64,000 nucleotides of DNA, from positions 7,672 through 71,671 of the forward strand of contig JBDTEH010000241.1 in the NCBI GenBank assembly GCA_039922635.1, in the 5' to 3' direction. Origin of the DNA: Kofleriaceae bacterium. Its GTDB lineage: Bacteria; Myxococcota_A; Polyangia; Haliangiales; Haliangiaceae. The notes beneath the pieces were generated by a model. It saw only the letters and a list, made by a program, of their open reading frames with translations. It was not told the origin of the DNA and made no database searches. Position 1 is the stretch's first letter. Each line of letters opens with the position of its first letter. Below are positions 48,054 through 60,700 of the stretch, piece after piece. The position numbers and the translations under genes were made by a program.

Positions 48054-50039
48054 ATGCGGTGGATCCTCAGCTTGACCTTGGTCTGTGCCACGACCGGATG
48101 CTTGATCGAGCAAGATCAACCCGACCTCGAGGGTCAGGACGTCCGGCTCACGATCATCCATACCTCCGATATTCACTCGCGGCTGTTCCCGTACAACTTC
48201 GTCCCGAACAAGTTCGATCAGGACTACGGCCTGTTGCCGGCGAAGGGACCGTTCGGCGGCATCGCGCGGATGAGCACGATGGTCAAGCGGATCCGCGTGA
48301 GCTCGAACCGCTCGCTGTGGCTCGACTCCGGCGACGCGTGGGAAGGCGCGCCGGTGTTCAACGAGTTCAAGGGCGAGGCCGAGATCCGCGCGCTGTCGCT
48401 CGCCGGCATGGAGGGCGAGGTGCTCGGCAACCACGAGTTCGACCTCGGTACCCAGCAGCTCGTCACCCAGCTCAACACGTGGTCGCAGTTTCCGCACCTC
48501 GTCGCGAACTACGCGTTCGACGATCCGAAGAACCCGATGGCCGTGTCGCTCGCCGATGTCACCGAGCCGTTCGAGATCTACGACGTCAAGGGCGTCAAGG
48601 TCGGCGTGATCGGCCTGGGCAACCAGGACACGTTGCTGTCGGCCTACGAGGGCGGCAACGGCCTCGGCTTTCGCCCGATCGACAATCAGACCGCGCTCGA
48701 TCAGTACGTCCGCCTGATCCGCCCGTACGTCGACCTGGTCGTCGTCGTCAGCCACCTCGGGCTCGATAACGATGAAGGTCTGTCGCCGTCCCAGGTCGAC
48801 GATCCGAACCAGGCGCTCAACACCCAGGCGGTCGATCTCATCCTCGGCGGCCATCTCCACATCGTCACCAACCCGCCCAAGCTGTTGCCGTTCGACGACG
48901 GCAGCGACTACTGCAAGCACAGCGACTGCGAGACCCTGCTCGTGCACTCCGGCGCGTTCGCGAAGTACGTCGGCCGCCTCGACCTCGTCGTCCACGTCGG
49001 CACCGATAACTCGAACCCGGAGACGCGCAGCCGGATCAAGTCGTTCGCGTACATCAACCAGCCGGTCGATAGCGAGATCCCCGACGACCCGGAGCTCGCG
49101 AATCTGATGTGGCCGTACTCGGTCAAGATCAACCAGGACATCGATCTCAACGGCGTGTTCTCGTACGTCGACCCCCCGGGCACCGCGAAGATCGCGCGCA
49201 ACGACAACTCCGGCGGTGATTCGCAGCTCGGCAACCTGGTCGCGCGCTCGATGCAGACCCAGAAGGGGGTCGATGCGGAGCTCGCGTTCACGAACTCGCT
49301 CGGCATCCGCGCCGACTTCGAGCGCGGTCCGCTGACCAACGAGCAGATGTTCAACGTGTTCCCGTTCGAGAACACGATCGTGGTCGCGTACCTGTCGGGA
49401 CAGGAGATCAGCGACACGCTCGACTTCGTCGCGCGCAAGTCGGCGCAGCGCGGCTGCCGCAGCCAGCTCCAGCAGGCCGGTATCACCTGGGACATGGTGT
49501 GCCGCGATAACAAGGATGCTCCCGACAAGTGCACGAGCATCGATCCGGATGCGCTCGGTGCGTGCACCGTGGACGCGGACTGTCCGAACGGCGATCGCTG
49601 CGATGGCGGCCGCTGCATCGCGACCGCGTGCGCGCAGAACATCTATATCGGGGATGGCTGCCGCCCGAAGGATCCGAACACGGGGCAGATCCAGACCGAC
49701 GTGCCCGTCGACCCGATGCACACGCCGTGTGCCCCGCTCGAGAAGAACGGCCTGTATCGCGTCGCGGTCAACAACTACATCGCGGCCGGCGGCTCGGGCT
49801 TCGTCGTGTTGAAGCGCAACACGTCGCAGCAAGACACCGGCGTGTCGCTGCGCGACGCGCTCACCGTCTACCTGACCCAGCAGCCACAGGTGTGCGACGG
49901 CATATCGACCGATCAGATCATCGACGCGACCGACCCGCAGACCCCGCAGCGCACGATCAAGCAGCGCTGGGGCAACGCGTCGTGTCTGGACGAGACCATC
50001 GAGGCCCACGACGGGCGGATTCGGCCGGTGTTCCAATGA
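48054..50039 (+). CDS. 5'-nucleotidase/metallophosphatase-like lipoprotein with Cys-rich insertion
   Basis: ATG 48054 gives the signal and lipobox [16 protein letters not shown]; the ORF is open from 48015. Motifs: [31 protein letters not shown]. The C-terminal 5'-nucleotidase-type domain ([19 protein letters not shown]) is interrupted by an 8-Cys segment. Confidence 0.85.
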   Translation: MRWILSLTLVCATTGCLIEQDQPDLEGQDVRLTIIHTSDIHSRLFPYNFVPNKFDQDYGLLPAKGPFGGIARMSTMVKRIRVSSNRSLWLDSGDAWEGAPVFNEFKGEAEIRALSLAGMEGEVLGNHEFDLGTQQLVTQLNTWSQFPHLVANYAFDDPKNPMAVSLADVTEPFEIYDVKGVKVGVIGLGNQDTLLSAYEGGNGLGFRPIDNQTALDQYVRLIRPYVDLVVVVSHLGLDNDEGLSPSQVDDPNQALNTQAVDLILGGHLHIVTNPPKLLPFDDGSDYCKHSDCETLLVHSGAFAKYVGRLDLVVHVGTDNSNPETRSRIKSFAYINQPVDSEIPDDPELANLMWPYSVKINQDIDLNGVFSYVDPPGTAKIARNDNSGGDSQLGNLVARSMQTQKGVDAELAFTNSLGIRADFERGPLTNEQMFNVFPFENTIVVAYLSGQEISDTLDFVARKSAQRGCRSQLQQAGITWDMVCRDNKDAPDKCTSIDPDALGACTVDADCPNGDRCDGGRCIATACAQNIYIGDGCRPKDPNTGQIQTDVPVDPMHTPCAPLEKNGLYRVAVNNYIAAGGSGFVVLKRNTSQQDTGVSLRDALTVYLTQQPQVCDGISTDQIIDATDPQTPQRTIKQRWGNASCLDETIEAHDGRIRPVFQ

Positions 50040-51211
50040 GGCCCATGAAGACGCTGACGCTCCTGTTCGCGATCGCGCTGGTGGGCGCCTGCACCGATGT
50101 GCAGCCCCCGATCACCGGTACGACCTCGCTCGCGATCACGCTGGTGTCGCCGGATCCGGGCGATGTCGACCACCGGATCGCGGCGACCGAGAACACGGTC
50201 GTCGTCAACCTCCAGGCCAAGGACGCGAACGGCAACGACGATGCGACCTACACCAAGCAGGTCTCGGTCTACGCGCACTACCTCGGCACGTTGACCCCAT
50301 ACCTCGATGGCGTGCCGCTCGCGACGGTCAACGTCCAGAACGGCGTCGCGATGAACGTCAGCGTCAAGTTGCCGCCGGTGTTCGGCCCGACCACGGTGTG
50401 GTTCGACGACGATCCGGCCGCGGGCGCGACCTACGCGGTCGGCGTGTCGCCGACGCTGTGGTACCGCGATCCGTTCATCGCCGACATCCAGACGCCGGCC
50501 AACGAGATGTCGGTCGATGCGTTCTCGAACTCGCCGCTCAACGGCAAGAACATCGCGGTCGATGCCTCGAAGCACGGTGCGGACGGCCTGATGGTCGTGA
50601 CCTCGGTGTTCGCCCAGGGCTACACGGTCGCCGATGTCCAGTGTGCGGCGATCGCGACGCCGCCGTGCGTGGCCGATAGCTACGACTATGTCGAGGTGTT
50701 CTCGTTCAGCGCGCCGACCGACCAGCGCGCGCGGTTCATCTTCGAAGGCCAGGTCATCGCCGGCTTCGCGGGCGGGATCAGCGAGTTCGATGGCCTGACC
50801 GAGATCGGCTTCCCGCAGACGTTCGTCGCCGGCGATCCCGTCGTCAACAAGGCGCTCGAGCCGCCCACCGTGAAGATCGATCAGACCTGGTTCAGCACCA
50901 ACAAGATCAACTTCGAGCGCAACGAGGCCGGCGCGATCGAGGTCGACAACGGCGTGGTGTGCCCGCTCGACGCCGACTACACGACCTACAAGCAGTGGAA
51001 GGTCGATCCGTCGGGCGTCGGTGATGCGGCCGCCTGTGGCGGCAAGAACGTGATCAACGTCATCACCACAGGCGTGACCACCGTGGACCCCGGAACCCTC
51101 GTCGGCAAGACGGTGCCTCGCATCGTCGGTATCTTGCGCCCCGTCAACATCGGCTCGTTCAACGTCTGGATCATCTATCCGCGCTCGGATGCGGATCTCA
51201 CCGTCAACTAG
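50036..51211 (+). CDS. Hypothetical lipoprotein (beta-rich, possible OB/Ig-like domains)
   Basis: ATG 50036 overlaps the upstream stop (ATGA). Signal and lipobox [20 protein letters not shown] recognise no catalytic motif. The segment FEGQVIAGFAGGISEFDGLTEIGFP is reminiscent of OB-fold modules of extracellular nucleases, but the resemblance is weak. Confidence 0.65.
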   Translation: MRPMKTLTLLFAIALVGACTDVQPPITGTTSLAITLVSPDPGDVDHRIAATENTVVVNLQAKDANGNDDATYTKQVSVYAHYLGTLTPYLDGVPLATVNVQNGVAMNVSVKLPPVFGPTTVWFDDDPAAGATYAVGVSPTLWYRDPFIADIQTPANEMSVDAFSNSPLNGKNIAVDASKHGADGLMVVTSVFAQGYTVADVQCAAIATPPCVADSYDYVEVFSFSAPTDQRARFIFEGQVIAGFAGGISEFDGLTEIGFPQTFVAGDPVVNKALEPPTVKIDQTWFSTNKINFERNEAGAIEVDNGVVCPLDADYTTYKQWKVDPSGVGDAAACGGKNVINVITTGVTTVDPGTLVGKTVPRIVGILRPVNIGSFNVWIIYPRSDADLTVN

Positions 51212-51218
51212 GACACTC

Positions 51219-52994
51219 ATGCGTACTCTTGTTACGGTCGTCGCTCTCGCGCTCGTCCCCGCCATCGCGCTGGCGCAGCCGTCCGATCCCGCGGGTTCGA
51301 CGGAAACCCCGGGCTCCGGGTCCAACGCTGCAACCGGCTCCAACGCCGGAGCGGCCACTACTACCACCACCGCCGGCGACGATGCTCGCATCAAGGAGCT
51401 CGTCGATCGCGAGCTCGCGAAGGTGCTGAACGACCGCGCCGCGAAGGACGCCGCGGACCACGCCGCGCAGGACAACGCGGCGAAGGATGCGCCGTTGACC
51501 GCGCCGAGCGACATCACGGGCGGCAGTGGGTTCATGGATACCCGCCTCGCGTTCACGGTGACGAACGAGAACCTCCTGGTCAAGCCGGGCGAGACCATCC
51601 CGAGCGTCCCGGGCTGGCGGTTCGGCGTGCCGAACTCGTTGGGCGTGCTGTTCTTCGATAACTACGACACCCGGTACTCGGGCTTCGAGACCCTGTCGCA
51701 CGCGGTCATGTACCGCGACTTCCACAAGGGCCACTTCGACGCCGAGGCCGGGTTCGTGATCCGGATCAACGAGCTGTCCGGAACCAACCTCAGCCTCTCG
51801 GACGATGGCTCGTACATCGTGCTGTCGAACTGGAAGGACCCCGAGCACAAGGATCCGACCCGGCTCAGCCTCACCGTATTCCCGGTGTCGGCAGATCGGT
51901 TCCGCCTCGGCTACAGCTACCGGCTGTCGTGGGGCGGAGATCCCGAGTACGGCCGCGCGAACTCGGCGACCCCGGGCATGAAGCTCCAGTACGACTCCCC
52001 GATGGGCTACGCGTTCGCCGGTGCCAAGAGCGCCGTCGTGCTCGACCGTCGAACGGCCGAGCAACGGTCGGCGCTCGCCGGCCTGTTCGGTGCCGGCATC
52101 GATCCGACCGACATGGTCCGGTTGGAGATCAACGGTGGCGTGTTCGACCGCGGCTACAACGAGCTGGTCGACGTCAACGATCAGAAGGTGATCCTGTACG
52201 GTGCATCCGCGCAGGTCGCCGTCCACCACGGCATGCCGGTGCAGTCGTCGATCGACTACAAGCTCTACAAGTACAATAACGAGCGCGTCAGCGGCCTGTT
52301 CGACCCGGTCAAGTACCCCGGCGGCCTGGCCTGGCTCGGCATGGCGGAGCTCACGGTCCTCAACCAGACCCTGAAGGACCCCGACAAGACCGGCACGACC
52401 AAGGTCCAGATGGGCGTGGCCGGAGATGCCAACGTTCGCATCATGCTCGACCGCACCCGGTTGCGGTTCGACGCCAGCTACCGCGATCTGGCGTTCATCC
52501 TCCACTCGGTCCCCAGCTTGCCGACCTACGAGGACTTTCCGAAGGTGTTCACCACGACCCCGGACTTCTTCGCGGCCGTGGGCGTCGATCAGAACTGGAA
52601 CGACTTCTTGACGCTCGGCGTCGTGGCCGGCGTGGAGAAGCCCGCGACCCTGACCTCGCCGACCGGCACCATCCCGGGCGGCATGACCGGCGTGACCGGC
52701 ACGGGCAGCTCGACCGCGGTCATCCGCAACAACAACATCGACACGATCATCACCATCCTGCCGCAGGGCAAATCGGCGGCTCCGCAGGTCGCCCTCAAGG
52801 GCAGTGCGAAGCTGACGTTCGGCCGGATGTACAGCGCGCTGCTCGAGGTGTTCTACAGCTACGATCCAAACGTGACCCGCTACCAGCGGGTCGGTTGCAC
52901 CAGCGACCAGGCGTGTCCGGACCAACCATTCCAGTACGTATTCGGCAACTTCAACCAGCTCGGCGTCAACGCCACGCTCCAGGCCAAGTTCTGA
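51219..52994 (+). CDS. Predicted outer-membrane beta-barrel protein
   Basis: ATG 51219 gives the signal MRTLVTVVALALVPAIALA; the ORF is open from 51189, which would overlap the upstream gene by 23 nt. A low-complexity and coiled N-region is followed by alternating-hydrophobicity strands. The C-terminus is LGVNATLQAKF (terminal Phe beta-signal). Confidence 0.7.
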   Translation: MRTLVTVVALALVPAIALAQPSDPAGSTETPGSGSNAATGSNAGAATTTTTAGDDARIKELVDRELAKVLNDRAAKDAADHAAQDNAAKDAPLTAPSDITGGSGFMDTRLAFTVTNENLLVKPGETIPSVPGWRFGVPNSLGVLFFDNYDTRYSGFETLSHAVMYRDFHKGHFDAEAGFVIRINELSGTNLSLSDDGSYIVLSNWKDPEHKDPTRLSLTVFPVSADRFRLGYSYRLSWGGDPEYGRANSATPGMKLQYDSPMGYAFAGAKSAVVLDRRTAEQRSALAGLFGAGIDPTDMVRLEINGGVFDRGYNELVDVNDQKVILYGASAQVAVHHGMPVQSSIDYKLYKYNNERVSGLFDPVKYPGGLAWLGMAELTVLNQTLKDPDKTGTTKVQMGVAGDANVRIMLDRTRLRFDASYRDLAFILHSVPSLPTYEDFPKVFTTTPDFFAAVGVDQNWNDFLTLGVVAGVEKPATLTSPTGTIPGGMTGVTGTGSSTAVIRNNNIDTIITILPQGKSAAPQVALKGSAKLTFGRMYSALLEVFYSYDPNVTRYQRVGCTSDQACPDQPFQYVFGNFNQLGVNATLQAKF

Positions 52995-53074
52995 ATCCGA
53001 TTCGCGGCACCGCCGGCTTTTTCTGACCCTGCGGGGCTGAACTCCCGAGTTCATGGGATAGCCTTTCGATCGAA

Positions 53075-53941
53075 GTGATCGAAGAGCTTGGAGAAATCGT
53101 ACGAGCCGCCGGCGGCTTCCTCGCCGAGGTGGTCGCTCGAATCCTCCGTGGGTTCATGCCCCTCGCCCCGGCCTTCGCGCTTGGCTGCCAGGGGCCGACC
53201 GTCACGCCGATCAAGGTCGAGCAGAAGCCCGGCGCGATCGCCCAGCCGGAGCGACAGGCTCTCGAGCCGAAGGCGCTGGGCGACTTCACGATCACGTTCT
53301 ATTACGTGATCGGCGAGGACGAGATCGCCGCGAAGCAGGCCGCGAACGACAACCGCGACAACCACCTCGATGGCACCGAGCTCGCTGCCATGACCTCAGA
53401 TCCGGACGAGGTCAGCTTGTACGACGCGGGGAGCTGTTCGCCGATCGCCAAGGTATCCCACGAGTTTGCGAACCAACTCGCGATCCAGGGCACCGGCAAG
53501 CTGCACGACGGCCGCGTGCTCAACATCTGGGGCCGCTGCAAGTGTGGCGACAGCCGCAGCGCCTGCTTCAAGGTCACCGCGAACCGGTGGGGCACGTCGG
53601 GCTCGAACCATCCGCTCCAGCCGTTCCGTACGGTCGCCGTCGATCCCAACGTCGTGAAGCTGGGCACGCTTTTGTACGTTCCGTTACTCGAAGGCCGCAC
53701 GATGCCGGGGCGCGCACCCTGGGGTGGCTACGTTCACGATGGTTGTGTCGTCGCGGACGACACCGGCGGCCATATCGATGGCCACCGGCTCGACCTGTTC
53801 GTCGGTCGCAAGGCGTACTTCCTGGGGCTCTCCGGCTCGGGCTCGAGCCACGCATGGGCCAAGCACGTCCCCATCTATGACGGCAGCCAGATCTGCGAGC
53901 GCAAGGGCCGCAAGGTCAGCCGCAAGTCCGGCTCGATCTAG
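53075..53941 (+). CDS. 3D-domain (MltA/RlpA-like double-psi beta-barrel) protein, probable lipoprotein
   Basis: FTITFYYV, IQGTGKLHDGRVLN, VAVDPNVVKLGTLLYVP and ADDTGGHIDGHRLDLFVG are 3D-domain signatures. Lipobox PAFALGC. The start is uncertain (53075 or ATG 53156). Confidence 0.8.
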   Translation: MIEELGEIVRAAGGFLAEVVARILRGFMPLAPAFALGCQGPTVTPIKVEQKPGAIAQPERQALEPKALGDFTITFYYVIGEDEIAAKQAANDNRDNHLDGTELAAMTSDPDEVSLYDAGSCSPIAKVSHEFANQLAIQGTGKLHDGRVLNIWGRCKCGDSRSACFKVTANRWGTSGSNHPLQPFRTVAVDPNVVKLGTLLYVPLLEGRTMPGRAPWGGYVHDGCVVADDTGGHIDGHRLDLFVGRKAYFLGLSGSGSSHAWAKHVPIYDGSQICERKGRKVSRKSGSI

Positions 53942-53948
53942 ACCGAGC

Positions 53949-54371
53949 TCAGTTCGACGATGCCGGCGCTGCCGGAGCCGCAGGAGCCAAGGGCGCGGGA
54001 GCCAACGGCGCGGGAGCCAACGGCGCGGGATCCAGCGAGGCCGGCGCCGCCTTGATCTCGATCGGCTTGGGCGTGTCGTTGTCATCCTCGCTGGTCGAGA
54101 TCGTGGCGATAAACCCGATCACGCCCGCCAAGATCAGCGCGACGCCGATCCCTCCACTGAGCGAGGCGTTCTGCTTGCAGGACACCGGGGGCGCGCCTGG
54201 CGCGTGGGTCATGTCGCAGTCGGCGCCGCTCTGCACGAAGCTCTCGACCACCACACCGCTGACCGCGACCCCGCCTTCGACGATCTCTGCGATCGTCCGG
54301 TTCCTGGAGTTGTGGGGGAAGCACCCGGGGACCAGCGTGGCGGCGAGCATCAGGGCGACTGCGCTTCTCAT
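53949..54371 (-). CDS. Small lipoprotein with C-terminal (APLAP)n tail
   Basis: ATG 54371 gives MRSAVALMLAATLVPGC (lipobox). One internal hydrophobic helix (GIGVALILAGVIGFIATI). The tail APAPLAPAPLAPAPLAPAAPAAP is encoded by 15-bp repeats (gggagccaacggcgc) at about 53982-54030. Confidence 0.55.
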   Translation of the reverse strand: MRSAVALMLAATLVPGCFPHNSRNRTIAEIVEGGVAVSGVVVESFVQSGADCDMTHAPGAPPVSCKQNASLSGGIGVALILAGVIGFIATISTSEDDNDTPKPIEIKAAPASLDPAPLAPAPLAPAPLAPAAPAAPASSN

Positions 54372-54510
54372 GGCCGGCGACCCTATCAAAAGGCCGTTCA
54401 GGGTGTGAGGCCGACCGCCGACCATCGCTGACGAGGCGCGGTGTCAACGTGGCAGGACGCGCGCGCCGATGATTCGCCGGCGGAGTCTACGACCTCGGCC
54501 GGGAGATCAC

Positions 54511-55359
54511 CTACCGGCCGGTCCGGAGCGCGCGCACGATCTCCTCGCGCACGACCTCGGCCAGCGTGGCGCCGCCGGGTGGGATCGTCGTGACGTTCGC
54601 GTGCGGCGCGGGGGCGCAGGCAACGACGGGCTTGGCGTTGCCGAGGCTGGCCGCGTGGGCACCGCCGAGCAGCTGCGCCGCGGTCTGGACGGCGCGGTCG
54701 GCGGCCCGCCCGATGCCGGCCTTCGCACGGGCGGCGAGCAACGGCTGGATCGCGGACTCTGGAAGCGGCTCGACCCCGCCGACCGCCGCTGCATAGATCG
54801 CGATCTTCGCGAGGTGCTCGACGAGCTCCATGCGCAACAGGGCGGTCTCGCAGTCCTTGCCCCACGTGATCACGCCGTGATTCGCGAGCAGCACCGCGTC
54901 GACCAGCTCGCACCACGGCGCGAGCGCCTCCTTGGCCGCGGTGCCGGGCTGCGCAAATGGCAGCTTGGGGAGCTTCGGACCGAGCGAGACCACGGCCTCG
55001 GCGATGAACGGCAGCTCGATCGGGTTGCCGCGCGAGCTCGCGATCGCGGTCGCGAACGGCGGGTGCGCATGGACGACCGCGCCGATGTCGGGGCGGCGCT
55101 CGTAGACGACCAGGTGGAGGCCGATCTCCCCGAAAACCTTCGCCCCGGCTCGGGCGCCGATCACGACCCCCCTGGCGTCGACCTCGATCAGGTCCTTGTC
55201 GTGGATCAGCCGCTTCGAGGTCGCGGTCGGGGTCGCGATCAGGCGCCCCCCCGATCCGGCGAGGTCGCGCGCGCTGACGTTGCCGTCGTGGTTCGCGGTC
55301 CAGCCGGCGGCGTGGAGATGCCGCGCGGTCTCGGCGACCGCCGTGCGCAGCAGCTTCAT
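54511..55359 (-). CDS. Class II aldolase/adducin-family protein with about 68-aa C-terminal extension ending in an encapsulation-peptide-like amphipathic helix
   Basis: ATG 55359 overlaps the upstream BMC-P stop (ATGA). Motifs: [36 protein letters not shown] (H-x-H metal site), [11 protein letters not shown]. After residue 215 or so comes an Ala/Pro-rich linker, then [19 protein letters not shown] at the extreme C-terminus. Confidence 0.88.
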   Translation of the reverse strand: MKLLRTAVAETARHLHAAGWTANHDGNVSARDLAGSGGRLIATPTATSKRLIHDKDLIEVDARGVVIGARAGAKVFGEIGLHLVVYERRPDIGAVVHAHPPFATAIASSRGNPIELPFIAEAVVSLGPKLPKLPFAQPGTAAKEALAPWCELVDAVLLANHGVITWGKDCETALLRMELVEHLAKIAIYAAAVGGVEPLPESAIQPLLAARAKAGIGRAADRAVQTAAQLLGGAHAASLGNAKPVVACAPAPHANVTTIPPGGATLAEVVREEIVRALRTGR

Positions 55360-55639
55360 CCTAGATCCCCAGGAGCTACGTCCACGGCGTCGACGATGCC
55401 GACGATCGCGGACCGGATCGGCACGACGTCGCCCTGCTGCAGCAACTGGCGTACCCCGGTACCCTCGGTCAACACGAGGACGCGGTCGCCTGCACCAGCC
55501 TGCGCGCGGTCGATCGCGACGAAGCTCGCGCCGACGTCCTTGCCCTCGGCATCGAGGGGTTGGACGACGAGCAGCGTCTTGCCGGCGTACGCGGGGTGTT
55601 TCACCGCGGCCCACACAGGCCCCACGACCCGGCAGTGCC

Positions 55640-55643
<4 letters not shown>
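55356..55643 (-). CDS. BMC-P (EutN/CcmL-family) microcompartment vertex protein, copy 2
   Basis: GTG 55643 overlaps the stop of copy 1 (GTGA). [66 protein letters not shown]...[14 protein letters not shown] is collinear with EutN/CcmL proteins. Length 95 aa. Confidence 0.9.
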
Positions 55644-55903
<260 letters not shown>

Positions 55904-55942
55904 CGGGGGCAATATACATGGCAGCCGCAGTACGATGGAGCC

Positions 55943-57777
<1,835 letters not shown>

Positions 57778-57781
<4 letters not shown>

Positions 57782-60700
57782 CGAATCCCGACGCCGAGCT
57801 TCGCGCGGGTCGCGAGCCAGCCGGGTTGCGCGACGGCGCGGATCAGGTGCTCCATCGATTCACCCCGCGCGCGCGCGTTCGCGGCGATCACGTTCGGATC
57901 GCCGCCGGCGAGCAGCGCCGCGCGGTCGGCGTCGCGATGGCACGCGGCGAGGTAGCGTGCGTTGTCGAGCGCGGCGGCGGGCAGGCTCGCGAGCAGCTGC
58001 TCGAGGCGCGTGCGCAGCTTGACCGGGAGCGCGCCCTTGACCATCTCGTCGTGGGCATGCTGGACGTCCTGTTCGGCGATCAATGCCGACACCGCATCGC
58101 GCAGCGCGGGCGGGCCGAACAGCCGGACGACCGAGGTGAGCAGGCGCGTGGCATCGCGGGCGGGGAGGCCGGCGAACGCGAGGTGCTCGGGGCGGGTCAG
58201 CTCGACGGCACGTGCGAGCAGCGCCCGCAGCTCGGTGCGCGGCACGGCGTCGCCCTCGACGGCGAGCCGCTGCCCGAGCACGATCACGGGCGTACCGGCC
58301 GCGACGACGGTGATGTCGGGGGCGGACTCGGCCTGGTAGAGCATGATCGCACCGGCGCCGAGCATGGTCGTGAGCCGCGGGAACATCGAGACCGCGGCCG
58401 CGTGCGACGACGACGGGATGCGCTGCGCGCCGATCACGCCGAAGCGTGCGAACGCCTCGTCCAGATCGGGCCACATCAACTGTGCGGCCTCGGCGAGCGT
58501 CGCGGCGATCGCGGCGAGCGGCGAGCGCTCGTGGCCGGTGATCAACGGCTGGGTGTCCGGATCGATCGCGGCCTTGTAGGGCTCGTCGTCGCGCATCGCG
58601 TAGGGCTTGTTGACCTGCAGGAACGCGGATTGATGGACGTCTGCGGTGTGGCCGGCGGCGACCGCGATCTCGAGCGTCGCACGCGCGGCATCGAGCTTGG
58701 TCTGGCGGCGCAGCTCGTCGGCCCACGCGACGAGGTCGGCGAGCGCGCCGGTCTGCGCGGTGATCGCGCAGAGGTGCGCGGCGACCGCGTCCTTGCGTGC
58801 CGGATCATCTCCCGCCTTGACGATCTCGACGAGCTCGCGGCGCGCGAGCGTCGCCGCTTCACTCTGCGGTGCGAGCTGGATCGCGCGCTCGAGCGCCGGC
58901 ACGGCCTGGCGGGTATCGCCGCGCGTCGCGCGGGCGTGGCCGAGGCGATACGACATCAGCGCGCGGTGCGGCGCGTCGGTGGCGGTGAAGCGATCGTCCT
59001 TCGCGGTGAGCAGGCGGGTCAACATCGCGGCGGCGGCCTCGACGTCGCTGTGCTCGATCGCGATCTGCGACGCGAGATCGACCGCGCCGACATCGTACGG
59101 ATCGTTGTCGACGGCGCGCTCGGCGGCGGCCCGCGCGCGGATCCGATCACCGGCGGCGACGTAGTCGTACGCCGCGCGCAGGTGGAGCGCGGCGCGTTCC
59201 GCCGGCGTCGCGCCGAACGCGGCCATCAGCTCGGCGGTGCGCGCGGCGCCCGCTAGATCGCCGGCGAGGTTCTGGCGCTCGAGCAGCTTCTCGAGCAGCG
59301 CGAGGTGCTTGGCCTCGAGTGGCTGCGCGGCGGCCACCGCGGCGGCGAAGCAGGTTCGCGCGCGCTCCTCGTCGTGGAGCATCATCAGCGCCATGTCGCC
59401 AAGGGCCTCGAACAGGCGCATGCGCTCGACCGGCTCCTCGGTCGCCGTCGCCTGCCGGGTCAAGAGATCCGCAGCGCGCCGGTGATCGCCTTGTTCCATC
59501 GCGATCTCGGCGAGCGCCTGCAGCGCCGGCGCGAAGCTCGGCCTGAGCTCGAGCGCGCGCGTGTACAGGGGTGGCGCCTTCTCGGGGCGCAGCGAGCGGA
59601 TCTCGGCGAGCGCGGCGTGATAGAGCCCCTGCGCCACCTCGCTCGGATAGCGCTCGCCGTCCTCGTGGGCCGCGAGTGGCGACAGGTGCAACGCGGCTTC
59701 GCGCCAGCGCCGTGCCTTGTAGCGGTTCTCGCCGATCGCGAGCTTGATCAAGAGGTGGCCGCGATGCAAGCGGTCCGCGGCGACCAGCGTCTGATACGCC
59801 TCCTCGTCGCGGCCGAGCTTCTCGTGTGCGGTGGCGAGCCGGCGATGCAGATCGGCGACCAGCGCCCCGGGCGCGGACGCGAGCGTCGTGCCGTCGAGGA
59901 TCTCGCGCATGAACGCCTCGAGGTCGGTCCAGCGCTCGGCCTCCGCGTAGAAGTCGGCGAGCGCGACGATCGCGGGGATATGATCGGGCACCGTGCCGAG
60001 GGCCTCGAGCAGGCGCCGCTCCGACGCGGGCGTCACGCCCGCCGCGCGCGACAGCGCGGCGAGTTGCGTGAGGATGCGCGCCTTCTCCGGCGGTGTCAGC
60101 GACTCGTCCTCGAGCTTGTGCTCGAGCACGAGCGTGGCGGCCTGCGGATCTCCACCCTGCTCGTGGATCCCGGCGCGGGCCCAGGTCGCGTCGGCGTGAT
60201 AGGGCCGCAGCGCGAGCACGCGATCGTACGCGGCCTGCGCTGCGTCGAGGTCGCCGACGCGCTGCTGCAGCACATCACCCGCGGCCATCAACGCCGCGAT
60301 CTTGGAGTCGTCGTCGTTCGCGCTCTCGGCCTCGCGCAGCTTCGCGTCGGCGAAGGCCCGTGGATCCTCGTCGGGAGATTGCAGCTGGCCGAGTAGCCCG
60401 AGCGCGGTCGGGTGCTCGGGCACGAGCACGAGCGCGGCTTCGATCGCGGCCCGCGCGCCTTCGCGGTCCTGGGTGTCGAGCCGCAGCTGCGCGAGCTTGA
60501 TGTGGAGCGCGGCGAGGTCGCCCTTGCTGCGCCCCGCGGTCTCGGTCTTCTTGGCCGGCGGGCCCTTCGCGGCGGGCTCGGCGGCGCCCTCGACGGCGAC
60601 GACATGCGGCGACGATGCGGAGTCGACAAACGCCGAGATCCGGCCCTCGAGGATCGCCGCGGCTTCGCGCTCGCGGCCGGCCTTGCCGAGTGCGATCACG

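Noticed and set aside
53000-53025. Possible terminator after the OM beta-barrel gene (cggc acc gccg followed by ctttttc)
   Set aside because: The stem is only 4 bp. The T-run is suggestive but the structure is too weak to call.
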